A stretch of DNA of 64,000 bases, taken from NCBI GenBank assembly GCA_046301955.1, contig JBKCJE010000076.1, forward strand, positions 2,902-66,901, read 5' to 3'. Below are positions 19,214 through 28,748 of the stretch, piece by piece; position 1 is the stretch's first letter, and the number at the start of each line of letters is the position of its first letter. The notes below the pieces were generated by a model, which was given only the letters and a program-made list of their open reading frames with translations, made no database searches and was not told the DNA's origin. This DNA is from Bacteroidota bacterium (GTDB lineage: Bacteria; Bacteroidota; Bacteroidia; NS11-12g; UBA955). Position numbers and translations under genes: made by a program.

Positions 19214-19939
19214 ATGGAATGGTTTGAATCTTGGTTTGATACGTTGTACTATCACGCCCTTTATCAGCATCGCAACGATGCCGAGGCTGCGGCGTTTATG
19301 GATCGATTGTTGGCGCATTTGAAACTTGATTCTGGGATGAGGGTTTTGGATGTGGCTTGCGGCAAAGGTAGGCATAGTGCGCATTTGGCCTCGAGGGGTT
19401 TGCGGGTTTGCGGGTTTGATTTGAGTGAGAACAGCATCGGCATCGCGAAGGGCTTGGGTGTGGAAGGGGCTGAGTTTTTGGTTCATGATATGCGACAGCC
19501 GTTTCCGGTTTCGGGGATGGATGCGGTTTTCAATGTGTTTACATCATTTGGGTATTTCGACGATCCGGCCGAGGATGCTCAAGTATTGAAAAACATGGCA
19601 GCGGCATGCAGACCGGGCGGTTATGTGGTGCAGGATTATTTGAATGCAGTGTCTGTGCTTGATGATTTGCCGCAAGAGGCTGCTTTGGAGCGCGGGGGCT
19701 ATGGATTTAAAACGCGAAAACATCGTACAGAAAGCCACATCGTGAAGGACATTGCGGTTACCGATGGCGATCAAACGCATGTGTTTCAAGAGCAAGTGAG
19801 GATTTTCGACTCTGAAACGCTACTGAAATTGCATGTTCAGGCCGGCCTGCAGGTGGTGGATGTGTTTGGCGACGACCAATTGGGTGCGTTTGATGCGAAA
19901 ACTTCGCCCCGCATTGTGGTGATTTCCAAGAAAAGTTGA
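19214..19939 (+). CDS. Class I SAM-dependent methyltransferase
   Basis: SAM motif I is VLDVACGKGRHS. The start was moved to MEWFESWFD because the promoter box lies inside the longer track ORF. Confidence 0.8.
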   Translation: MEWFESWFDTLYYHALYQHRNDAEAAAFMDRLLAHLKLDSGMRVLDVACGKGRHSAHLASRGLRVCGFDLSENSIGIAKGLGVEGAEFLVHDMRQPFPVSGMDAVFNVFTSFGYFDDPAEDAQVLKNMAAACRPGGYVVQDYLNAVSVLDDLPQEAALERGGYGFKTRKHRTESHIVKDIAVTDGDQTHVFQEQVRIFDSETLLKLHVQAGLQVVDVFGDDQLGAFDAKTSPRIVVISKKS

Positions 19940-19951
19940 TATTCGCTATTG

Positions 19952-20521
19952 ATGTTGTTTGTTTTAGATTTTTTTGATCGCGATTTGTTTGTGTTGATCA
20001 ACCAGCGATGGGCCAGTCCTGCATTGGATCCCATGATGATTTTTTTGAGCAGTAAGTGGGCGTTTGTGCCATTGTACGCGGTGTTTGTTTGGTTATTTTG
20101 GCGAAAGTTTGGCGTGAAATGCTGGGTGCCGATTTTGCTCACAGTGGCGTCTTTTGGGTTGGCAGATAGCATCAGTTCGAAAATTTGTAAACCCATGTTT
20201 GCCAGGGTGAGACCGGCTTGGGAAAGTTCGCTGAATCCGCGATTGCCCGATGGACCTCCGGGCAGCAGGTTTGGCTTTGTGAGTAGTCATTCTGCCAATT
20301 CTTTTGCTGTTTTTTCAACGGCGATGATGTTGTTGGGTTTGGGCCGACGGTGGCGATTGGGTTTGATGTATTTGGCATCGGCGATAGCGTATTCAAGGGT
20401 TTATTTGGGGGTGCATTATGTGGGCGATGTGTTTTTTGGCGCTTTGCTGGGGTTGGGTATCGCTTATGGGCTGCTGTGGTTGTATCGAAATTGGTTATCG
20501 CCTCGCATGGAGCATGGATAG
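19952..20521 (+). CDS. PAP2-family phosphatase (undecaprenyl-diphosphatase-like)
   Basis: Three PAP2 motifs are present: KPMFARVRP (Kx6RP), FVSSHSANSF, and SRVYLGVHYVGD (SRx5Hx3D). Membrane protein. Confidence 0.8.
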   Translation: MLFVLDFFDRDLFVLINQRWASPALDPMMIFLSSKWAFVPLYAVFVWLFWRKFGVKCWVPILLTVASFGLADSISSKICKPMFARVRPAWESSLNPRLPDGPPGSRFGFVSSHSANSFAVFSTAMMLLGLGRRWRLGLMYLASAIAYSRVYLGVHYVGDVFFGALLGLGIAYGLLWLYRNWLSPRMEHG

Positions 20522-20598
20522 GCATCTTGCCGTGGAAGTATCGCCGAGAGGAAGAATCGCTCCGTGAGGATCTGTGAGAAAATTGTAACTTCGCACTT

Positions 20599-21378
20599 AT
20601 GTCGTATGAATTTATATTGGTAGATGCCCAGGTGGCGCCTTTTGTAGCGAAGATTCAGTTGAATCGGCCCAAGGAATTGAACGCTTTAAACCTGCAATTG
20701 ATGGGTGAAATTCGGGATGCTTTGTTGGCTTTGGATGCGGACGACGCAGTGCGGGCGATAGTGATAACGGGGAATGAGCGGGCATTTGCAGCGGGGGCGG
20801 ATATCAAGCAAATGGCAGGTAGAACGGCCATTGATATGTTAAAGATTGATCAGTTCAGCACGTGGGATAGCATTCGTAAAACGAAGAAGCCGATCATTGC
20901 TGCGGTTTCGGGATTTGCTTTGGGTGGTGGTTGCGAGTTGTGTATGTTGTGTGATATGATTGTGGCCAGTGAAACGGCGCAATTTGGTCAGCCCGAAATC
21001 AACATTGGTGTTATGCCTGGTGCAGGGGGTACTCAGCGTTTAACGCGCGCTGTGGGCAAGGTTAGGGCGATGGAGATGGTTTTAACTGGGAAGTTTATCA
21101 GTGCGGAGGAGGCGAAAGCGGCTGGGTTGGTGAATAAGATTGTGCCGGTGGAATTGTATTTGGACGAGGCCATTAAATTGGCTTCAGATATCGCGGGGAA
21201 ATCGCCCATTGCGGTTCAAATGGCGAAGGAGAGTGTGCTGAAGGCTTTTGATACGCATTTACAGGAGGGTTTGTTTTTTGAGCGCAAGAATTTCTATATG
21301 TTGTTTGCTACTGAAGATCAGAAAGAGGGCATGGCGGCATTTGTGGAGAAGCGCAAACCCGATTTCAAGGGAAAATAA
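20599..21378 (+). CDS. Enoyl-CoA hydratase (crotonase family)
   Basis: FAAGADIKQM and GFALGGGCELCMLCD oxyanion-hole segments. 259 aa. Confidence 0.9.
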   Translation: MSYEFILVDAQVAPFVAKIQLNRPKELNALNLQLMGEIRDALLALDADDAVRAIVITGNERAFAAGADIKQMAGRTAIDMLKIDQFSTWDSIRKTKKPIIAAVSGFALGGGCELCMLCDMIVASETAQFGQPEINIGVMPGAGGTQRLTRAVGKVRAMEMVLTGKFISAEEAKAAGLVNKIVPVELYLDEAIKLASDIAGKSPIAVQMAKESVLKAFDTHLQEGLFFERKNFYMLFATEDQKEGMAAFVEKRKPDFKGK

Positions 21379-21449
21379 AGGGTAAGTTTTTCTAGTATAG
21401 TTCCCTTCAAGGGGCGTCTTCGCTGATTGCTCGATGGGATGCATTGTAT

Positions 21450-21490
21450 AAAAAGAGAGGGCCTCGTCTGTGACAAGGCCCTCTCTTTTT
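21450..21490. terminator. Bidirectional intrinsic terminator, second member of the repeated stem family
   Basis: AAAAAGAGAGGGCCTCGTC-tgt-GACAAGGCCCTCTCTTTTT with one C/A mismatch, between convergent genes. Confidence 0.65.
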
Positions 21491-21513
21491 ATAATTGCTA
21501 TGATTGGGTGAAA

Positions 21514-22452
21514 TTATTTCACGTCAGCCCAAACAGCGTTGATCAAGAACCAAGGCTTGGTTGGGTTGTCGGTTACTTTTCTCCAAACGGCTACAACCAC
21601 ACCAGTGTTGGCAGGGTTCCAGCTCCACCAAGGCAAACCGAAAGACGCATATTTGTCTTTCACCGCTTGAGGGATTGCAGAGTAAGTCCAAGAAAGGGAC
21701 TTTTCAACTTCAGCGTTTGCAGCAGGGCTGCTCATGATAGCAGAAGTAGAGAACGCAACTGGCTTGCCAGTAGCATCAGCTTGAGCAGATGCACGAATGA
21801 TGTGCTCGTGGTCCATGGCAACGTCGCCAGCACCTGAAACAGTTTGTAATGCGTTTACTTTCTTTTCAGCAACGAATACAGATACGTAGTAGTCACCAGC
21901 CTCAGGAGCAAATGCCTTCAATTTGTATTTGATGTTCAAAGTCTGTCCGCTAGCAGTAGCACTTGCAGCAACACCTACCTCAGCAGTAGCTTGGTTCGCA
22001 TTCACAGATGCAGCTTCGATGTCGGTAGCCTTTACTGAACTAGTTCCCAACAAAGAGTTGTTCAACCAGAAAGAAGGGATAGAGTACTGACCTTGAGCGT
22101 TGATGTTAGATACAGTCGTCAACAATTCAAAAGAGAAAGGCGCGATGAACAAAGTGTCATTATTTGGCTTCATCCACAAAGGAACCAACTTAGAAGAGTT
22201 AGAAGAATGGTAGTCAACGGCAACGATGTTGTCAGGGTTGGCGTTAGTTACCAATTTCTTGAACTCAGGCATGGCGTAAAGACCGCAAGGTCCACACCAA
22301 GTAGCAGTGTGATACACAACGAATGAACGCTGTTTGTTGGTCACGGTCAAAGAAGCTCCGCCGTTACCGCCATCTGGACTGTCGGGCTTACAGCTCTGCA
22401 TTATTCCCGCAAAACTTGCAGCAACAACGGCCAAAAGAAGTAATTTTTTCAT
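21514..22452 (-). CDS. Thioredoxin-motif (WCGPC) lipoprotein, otherwise uncharacterised
   Basis: Signal peptide with Cys (AGIMQSC). VVYHTATWCGPCGLYAMPEF is a canonical thioredoxin active site. The C-terminal ~200 aa carry no recognised motifs. Confidence 0.6.
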   Translation of the reverse strand: MKKLLLLAVVAASFAGIMQSCKPDSPDGGNGGASLTVTNKQRSFVVYHTATWCGPCGLYAMPEFKKLVTNANPDNIVAVDYHSSNSSKLVPLWMKPNNDTLFIAPFSFELLTTVSNINAQGQYSIPSFWLNNSLLGTSSVKATDIEAASVNANQATAEVGVAASATASGQTLNIKYKLKAFAPEAGDYYVSVFVAEKKVNALQTVSGAGDVAMDHEHIIRASAQADATGKPVAFSTSAIMSSPAANAEVEKSLSWTYSAIPQAVKDKYASFGLPWWSWNPANTGVVVAVWRKVTDNPTKPWFLINAVWADVK

Positions 22453-22564
22453 AGGTTTATAAGTGTTCTAAATAGTTGAATAGCGAATTAACACTTTTTC
22501 CCCTTCAATTCCAATTCAAAGACGATTGATTTTTCGGAAAATTCAAAACTAATGACAGCAACAT

Positions 22565-22572
22565 TACCTTTG
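22565..22572 (+). promoter_or_regulatory. -7 promoter box TACCTTTG for wzx (near-leaderless spacing)
   Basis: TAnnTTTG ends 5 nt before ATG 22578. Confidence 0.45.
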
Positions 22573-22577
22573 TAATT

Positions 22578-24083
22578 ATGTCAGGGGTCATCGCCAAGAA
22601 TAGTTTTTGGGCTTCCATTGTGAATTACAGTGGTAGTTTGGTTGGCCTATTTACTACCTTTTACTTGTTTCCGTTGGTGTTTACTACCAGCGAGAATGGG
22701 GTTTTTCGCCTCTTTATCGAAATGGGGGCCCTGCTGGCAGGCGTTGCTCAATTGGGTACGGGATATTCCATTTGGAAGTTTTTTCCTCGGTTTAAGAGTG
22801 AAGACGGACATCATGGCGCCGGATTTTGGTTATTGGCCATTCCGCTCGTTGGGTTTGTTTTTGTAGCGCTTTTGTTGTTGTGGGGTCAGCCGTGGGTGGT
22901 TAAATATTTGATTGAGAACAGTTCCGATTTTCTGCCGTATTACCACTGGCTTATTCCATTTGTATTTTTCTTTGTTTTCAATACGGTTTTTGAGATTTTC
23001 CTGGCGGCCCTGGGCAACATTGTCTTTTCCTCGTTCTTGCGAGAAAATGTGGTAAGAATCCTGCTAGGGCTTTTGGGTTGGTGTTACTACATCGGCGTGG
23101 TAAATTTTGACCAAACCATGTATTCGATTTCCGCGGTTTACGGGGTCGTAATGCTCTTAAATTTTGTGTATTTGCTCAAGAATACGCGGTTGAGTTTTCA
23201 GCCCAATATGGGATTTATTCGCGAGCAAGAGGGACTTAAGGGCGAGTTTTATCGCTATACGGGTTACTTGTTTTTGACATATGTGGCGATGTTGGTTTTG
23301 CAACGCATGGATTTTTTGATGGTGAGTTCAATGAAGGGATCTGCGGATACAGGGATTTACGCCATCGCGGTGAATATGGCCGTTTTAATTGAAATTCCTA
23401 CGCGCAGTATTTTGCAAATTGCCAATCCCAAATTGTCAGAGGCCATTCATGCCGGTGATGATAAGGAAATTAAGCGCCTATATCAAAAAACCAGCCTCAA
23501 CCAATTCATTTTGGGCGCACTGGCGCTGCTGCTGATTTGGATCAATATCGATGTGTTTTATCACTACATGCCCAATGGACATCTTTATGAAACCGGTAAG
23601 TGGGCGGTGTTTTACCTTGGCGTGGGCAAATTGTGTGTGTTGTTGCAAGGCAATTCTTCTGCAATGCTTATTTTTTCGAAGCGATATTATTTGTCACTGC
23701 TGATCAATGGAATTTCTATTGTCGTTGGTGTTCTTCTCAATCAATATTTGATTCCTATTTATGGCATCAACGGCGCGGCATTGGCCACGGGCGGTGTTTG
23801 GTTGGCTTCGGGCATTGTGATGGCTGTGTTGATATATTCCGTATATGGTATGCAGCCCATCACGCGTGGAATATTAACGAGCGTTTTACTATTTGCGGGA
23901 TTGTTTTTACTCAACCACCTTTGGCCGGTGAATTCGAATTTCTTGTTGATTGGATCTTTGGGTAAATCGCTACTATTGATGGGTACAGCGATGTTCATTC
24001 TGCTGCGTTTCAGGTTGAGCGATGACGTCTACAGCATGGCCAAGAAAATGTTGGCACCCATTGGTATTCGGTTGAAAGACTAA
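22578..24083 (+). CDS. Oligosaccharide/polysaccharide flippase (Wzx, MOP superfamily)
   Basis: 501 aa with ~12-14 hydrophobic helices. The pattern is typical of polysaccharide-biosynthesis flippases (GIYAIAVNMA..., GINGAALATG). Converges on the nonulosonic-acid operon. Confidence 0.75.
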   Translation: MSGVIAKNSFWASIVNYSGSLVGLFTTFYLFPLVFTTSENGVFRLFIEMGALLAGVAQLGTGYSIWKFFPRFKSEDGHHGAGFWLLAIPLVGFVFVALLLLWGQPWVVKYLIENSSDFLPYYHWLIPFVFFFVFNTVFEIFLAALGNIVFSSFLRENVVRILLGLLGWCYYIGVVNFDQTMYSISAVYGVVMLLNFVYLLKNTRLSFQPNMGFIREQEGLKGEFYRYTGYLFLTYVAMLVLQRMDFLMVSSMKGSADTGIYAIAVNMAVLIEIPTRSILQIANPKLSEAIHAGDDKEIKRLYQKTSLNQFILGALALLLIWINIDVFYHYMPNGHLYETGKWAVFYLGVGKLCVLLQGNSSAMLIFSKRYYLSLLINGISIVVGVLLNQYLIPIYGINGAALATGGVWLASGIVMAVLIYSVYGMQPITRGILTSVLLFAGLFLLNHLWPVNSNFLLIGSLGKSLLLMGTAMFILLRFRLSDDVYSMAKKMLAPIGIRLKD

Positions 24084-24087
24084 TGAA

Positions 24088-25031
24088 TTAGTTTTTTTGG
24101 GAGAACTGTCCAAAGAAATCGCCCAGGCTCATTCGATCGAATGCATCTACGTAGCCACCTTCGGTTAGATTGATTACCTTCTTGTGGATGTGTTTTGCGT
24201 AGCGCGATGTTTCATCGTAACCCGTGTGCACTTTTACCAAACTATGAAACAATTCGTGGAGGCGAATCTTACCGGTTGTGCCATCCGCTTCTTGTTTCAA
24301 TAAAGGGTGTTTTTTGTTCTCGTCAGCATAAAAATGCGATTCAGTACGGATTATGGTGTTATCGGTGTCCACCATGATGTTGATGTGGAAGTCGTGATCC
24401 ACCCCGGTGATGAACACTTCCTCAAATCCTGAAAGCATCGCATTGAAAATGCATGAATTGACCACGTTTTCGCATTGTGGACTGCCCAAACGCCATTGGT
24501 ACATTCGGTTGCGGAAACCCGCTGTGCCGCCGATAACTGTGTAGTTGTAAGTGACGAATTGGATGTTGGGGTTGTTTAGGTTGTTAACGATATAGCAATT
24601 GCGGTACAGTTGGGGTACAAAGAAAATCATGGGCCAATCCACTTTTTGAAGCGCCTGCCATGTTTCATTGATCATTCGCTGTGTCTTTTCGAAGTCGGGT
24701 TTGTATTGTGCGATAGGATGCAAACCTGGATTCTCGAAAACCGCTTTTGAGAATTCGAAAAAATACAGATCTAACATCAAGTAATACTTGGGTTTCAGGC
24801 TGAAAAATTCGGGCTGACAGCTGAACTTGTTCACGGCAAAAAAGGCCAAACCCTGTTTTTTTAAGTTGTCGATTCCCACAGATGTGCATTTGTCGATGAA
24901 AGACCGTGCTGATGGTCCGTTGGCAATCACAACCACCGATTTTTCAGGTGCTGTATACGATGGGAGGTTGATCTTGCTCTTCAGCAGGATTTTTCCCATG
25001 GTGAGTGCCGATTGGAACAGGTCTTTTAACA

Positions 25032-25032
<1 letters not shown>
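24088..25032 (-). CDS. Putative nonulosonic-acid (sialyl/KDN) transferase, uncharacterised GNGPS-motif family
   Basis: The ATG at 25032 overlaps the stop of the HAD phosphatase gene by 1 nt. VVVIANGPSARSF, FFAVNKF and VFITGVDHDF resemble the AGNGPS, CNQFYF and YLSGIDFY blocks of Cst-type GT42 sialyltransferases and of DUF115/Maf proteins. That comparison is from memory and no alignment was run. Confidence 0.45.
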
Positions 25033-25556
<524 letters not shown>

Positions 25557-26606
25557 TTATGAAAGATGTTGGGGGTAAACAATTTCATCGGCCGGTATCT
25601 TGGTAACGGCTTTTTTGCCCACCACTTTTTCCAATTCATGCCATTTGAAACCATCTCCGGGAGAAAGCAAGTGCAAATCAGCTTCTTGGATCACTTCGCC
25701 AACTTGAATCTCGCGATTGGTGGCGATAGAGCGTTCCAATTTGTGCTTTGCAGAAACCGTTGATTCCGCAATAAATACATCTTCAACACCCATGGATCGC
25801 TCAATCAAACGAATGTCTCGAACCATGCGTTGAATACCTTCTACACCCAAAGAACCGGCTTGGTCTGTGCCTTTCATGCGGCGGTCTAAGGTGATGTGTT
25901 TCTCTACGATTTTGGCCCCCATGGCCACAGCGGACACAGGTGCACTGATGCCCACAGTGTGGTCTGAGTACCCGATATTATACCCAGGATATTTGTTCTG
26001 CAATGCTTTGATGGAAAGCAAGTTGGTATTTTCGGGTCGCGTAGGATATTCCGAAACACAATGCAATATGGAAATGTTGTTGTGGTATCGTGTAATGGTG
26101 GCCAACGCATCGTCGATTTCTTTGTATCCACCCATTCCAGTTGATAGGATGATGGGGATTTGGGTTTCGGCCAATGCACTCAACAAGGGTAAATTGGTTA
26201 AATCGCGACTGGCAACTTTCAATCGGTCGGGCATGAAATATTTGGTCATGCTCAAGCAGCCCACTGCACACAGCGTTTCCACGAAATCCAACCCATGGGA
26301 TTTTGCGTATTGGTATAACTCAAAATGCTGTTCGTCGTTCAATTCCAATTTCTCCCGATGCTCTCCATAGGTCTTGCCAAAAGAGTGGGGTGAGTTGTAT
26401 TCGCGCGACATTTGGGAGGCGGAAAGTTCCTGCGACAAATCCCGTTTTGTGAGTTTCACGGCGTCCATTCGAGGAAGGTCCAAATCGAATAAGTCGTCTT
26501 TTACCGGCCTTGCTGCTGCATCAATGATGAGCTTGGCAATGTCTACGGAACCGTTGTGGTTCTGTCCGATTTCTCCAATGATATAGGTGTGCTGATGCTG
26601 CTGCAT
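25557..26606 (-). CDS. neuB: NeuB-family nonulosonate synthase with SAF domain, NANS-like (9-phosphate-forming) subtype
   Basis: YIIGEIGQNHNGSVDIAKLII. The SPHSFGKTYGEHREKLEL block resembles animal sialate-9-P synthase. SDHTVGISAPVSAVAMGAKIVEKHITLD is present, and a C-terminal SAF domain. Confidence 0.9.
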   Translation of the reverse strand: MQQHQHTYIIGEIGQNHNGSVDIAKLIIDAAARPVKDDLFDLDLPRMDAVKLTKRDLSQELSASQMSREYNSPHSFGKTYGEHREKLELNDEQHFELYQYAKSHGLDFVETLCAVGCLSMTKYFMPDRLKVASRDLTNLPLLSALAETQIPIILSTGMGGYKEIDDALATITRYHNNISILHCVSEYPTRPENTNLLSIKALQNKYPGYNIGYSDHTVGISAPVSAVAMGAKIVEKHITLDRRMKGTDQAGSLGVEGIQRMVRDIRLIERSMGVEDVFIAESTVSAKHKLERSIATNREIQVGEVIQEADLHLLSPGDGFKWHELEKVVGKKAVTKIPADEIVYPQHLS

Positions 26607-26610
26607 GCGA

Positions 26611-27351
26611 TTATTTTTGGTATTTGTTGATTTGATTTTCCATCAAAGTTACCCAACTTTTTTCACTTAGTAGCAGATTTCGCTGTGCGGGAAAGTCCAA
26701 ATGGGCAAGCTGTGGGTAGGTGCTGAGGCAAAAGTTCCAATCGTCTTGATCATCGATTGTGAGTCGGATTTGTTCAAATTGCGGTTGCCAGTCTTCTGGG
26801 ATGGCCAAGATGGCTATGGCGTATTGGTTTGGATTTTCATACAAACCGATGGTGACATGTTCATTGTACCAGGGGTTATTTTTTGGCACAAGCGATTGCA
26901 GTGCTGCGACTTTTACCGCCTCTACAAAAATGCCTGTGTGGTGTTTGATACCGGGTTTGCCTGCGTAACCGAATGAAATGTAATCCATCGTTGGGCGTAT
27001 TTCGCAGGCGGCCAAGGTTTGGTCAATGATGTAATGACTGAGATAGGGGTTGTCGGCACAAATGCGAAGCACAAAATCGTTTTCTGCGATACCAAAATGG
27101 GCTGCTGCTTCGGTGAAGCGACTCAGTACATGGGTCTCATCGCCCCGAAAAACGGAAATGCCGTGACGTTCTGCCATTTGAGCGAGTGAATCATCCGCGG
27201 GTTGTTTTGTCGTGAGGAGTACAGGGGTTACATCGTGGCTTGCAAGCCGAGCAATGACGGCCTCCAGCAAGGTTTTCCCATCCGGTAACAGCATGGCCAT
27301 TTTGCCGGGTAATCGCGAAGAACCCATACGGGCTTGGATGAACGCGTACAT
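26611..27351 (-). CDS. SpsF-type cytidylyltransferase (putative CMP-nonulosonate synthetase)
   Basis: The track start is TTG 27360. ATG 27351 gives MYAFIQARMGSSRLPGK (COG1861/SpsF-type motif). The promoter box at 27358 supports the ATG. Confidence 0.75.
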   Translation of the reverse strand: MYAFIQARMGSSRLPGKMAMLLPDGKTLLEAVIARLASHDVTPVLLTTKQPADDSLAQMAERHGISVFRGDETHVLSRFTEAAAHFGIAENDFVLRICADNPYLSHYIIDQTLAACEIRPTMDYISFGYAGKPGIKHHTGIFVEAVKVAALQSLVPKNNPWYNEHVTIGLYENPNQYAIAILAIPEDWQPQFEQIRLTIDDQDDWNFCLSTYPQLAHLDFPAQRNLLLSEKSWVTLMENQINKYQK

Positions 27352-27357
27352 GATTTT

Positions 27358-27365
27358 CAAAGGTA
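27358..27365 (-). promoter_or_regulatory. -7 promoter box TACCTTTG for the nonulosonic-acid operon (near-leaderless spacing)
   Basis: Minus-strand TAnnTTTG ends 6 nt before ATG 27351. Confidence 0.5.
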
Positions 27366-27422
27366 AAGAAAATCGAGGTTGCTGAAGTTCGGGGGATGTC
27401 GTTTCTTTGCGACCACTACATT

Positions 27423-27995
27423 ATGCTGAATCTGATCATTTTTGGCCCTCCGGGTGCGGGCAAAGGTACCCAAAGCGAAAAATTGTTGAGCAAATACCAG
27501 TTGCAACACATTTCTACTGGCGATTTGTTGCGCGCTGAGCGTAATGCTGGCACCGAATTGGGCAATCAAGCCAATGAGTTTATTGCCAAGGGGGAGTTGG
27601 TTCCCGATGCAGTGGTTATTGGCATGGTGAAGAATTTCATGTTGGCACATCCTGAAGCCAATGGTTTTATTTTTGACGGGTTTCCCCGCACCACGCCGCA
27701 AGCGGATGCTTTGGATGTGATGTTGGCCGATTTTAACACGGGAATTTCTATTGTGTTGGGCTTGGAAGTAAACGAAGATGAATTGGTGAAACGCCTGTTG
27801 TTGCGTGGACAAAGCAGTGGTAGAGCGGATGATCAAGACGAATCAACCATTCGCAATCGTTTTCAAGAATACCAAAACAAAACCTTGCCATTGCAGGGGT
27901 ACTATCAAGCGCAGGGTAAATATCACGGCGTGATGGGTATCGGTGAAGTGGAAGATATTTTTGGGTCGTTGTGCGCCCACATCGAAGCCCTCTAA
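27423..27995 (+). CDS. adk: Adenylate kinase
   Basis: Trimmed to MLNLIIFGPPGAGKGTQ (P-loop). Short lid type. 190 aa. Confidence 0.95.
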   Translation: MLNLIIFGPPGAGKGTQSEKLLSKYQLQHISTGDLLRAERNAGTELGNQANEFIAKGELVPDAVVIGMVKNFMLAHPEANGFIFDGFPRTTPQADALDVMLADFNTGISIVLGLEVNEDELVKRLLLRGQSSGRADDQDESTIRNRFQEYQNKTLPLQGYYQAQGKYHGVMGIGEVEDIFGSLCAHIEAL

Positions 27996-27996
27996 C

Positions 27997-28713
27997 ATGT
28001 TGAAACCATTTCCCACCGGCGTAAAATGGGTCTTTTTGGACTTGGATAATACGCTGTGGGATTTTGATGCCAATGCCACGGAGGCGCTGAAAGAATTGTA
28101 TCGCAGGCATCATTTACACTTGCACACGGATTATCATGTGGATCAGTTTGTGGCTTTGTACCAAGATGTAAATGCCGCTTATTGGAAGCGATATGAAAGG
28201 GGTGAAGTGACCAAAGAAGTGTTGCGAACCCGGCGATTTACCGATACTTTTGATGCGATGGGTATTCCAACTCTGCTGCAGCCGGCAGATGTTTGGCAGG
28301 AATATTTGGAGATCTGTCCGCTAATGACTTTGATGATGCCGAATGCTTTGACGGCATTGGAAGGATTGAGCAAGCGATACAATGTTGCCCTTTTAACCAA
28401 TGGGTTTGAAGCAACGCAACAAACCAAAATTCGTTGTTCAGGCATCGCTTCGTTTATAAAATTTATGGTAACTTCAGAAACCTTGGGAGTGGCAAAACCA
28501 TCGCCCTTGTTCTTTGAAAGGGCTTTGTCCGAAGCCAATTGTTCGGCTCAAGAAGCGGTGTATTTGGGTGATACATGGGATACAGATGTTGAGGGAGGAA
28601 TGGGCGCAGGAATCCTCACATATTGGTATCGACGAGGTCAGACTGAGCGAATAGTAGAAAATGAATTTTACGGTGGTGCCATAGACGATTTGATGGGGTT
28701 TGTTCAATTGTAA
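27997..28713 (+). CDS. HAD-family hydrolase (YjjG-like nucleotidase subfamily)
   Basis: ATG lies 1 nt after the adk stop. FLDLDNTLWDF (DxDxT), LLTNG and YLGDTWDTDVEGG motifs are present. Confidence 0.8.
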   Translation: MLKPFPTGVKWVFLDLDNTLWDFDANATEALKELYRRHHLHLHTDYHVDQFVALYQDVNAAYWKRYERGEVTKEVLRTRRFTDTFDAMGIPTLLQPADVWQEYLEICPLMTLMMPNALTALEGLSKRYNVALLTNGFEATQQTKIRCSGIASFIKFMVTSETLGVAKPSPLFFERALSEANCSAQEAVYLGDTWDTDVEGGMGAGILTYWYRRGQTERIVENEFYGGAIDDLMGFVQL

Positions 28714-28735
28714 CCAACCTGTATGCTCTTTTGCG

Positions 28736-28743
28736 TATTTTTG
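28736..28743 (+). promoter_or_regulatory. -7 promoter box TATTTTTG (near-leaderless spacing)
   Basis: TAnnTTTG ends 5 nt before ATG 28749. Confidence 0.4.
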
Positions 28744-28748
28744 CCTTA

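Noticed and set aside
19396-19419. An 8-mer tandem run, GGGTTTGC GGGTTTGC GGGTTTGA, inside the methyltransferase CDS.
   Set aside because: It is in frame overall (24 nt), encodes an ordinary RGLRVCGFD segment right after SAM motif I, and is imperfect. It is most likely coincidental.
27357-27836. A 159-aa ORF antisense to adk that abuts the nonulosonate operon.
   Set aside because: It overlaps the adk P-loop region on the opposite strand. The operon's own promoter box at 27358 and ATG at 27351 leave no need for it.
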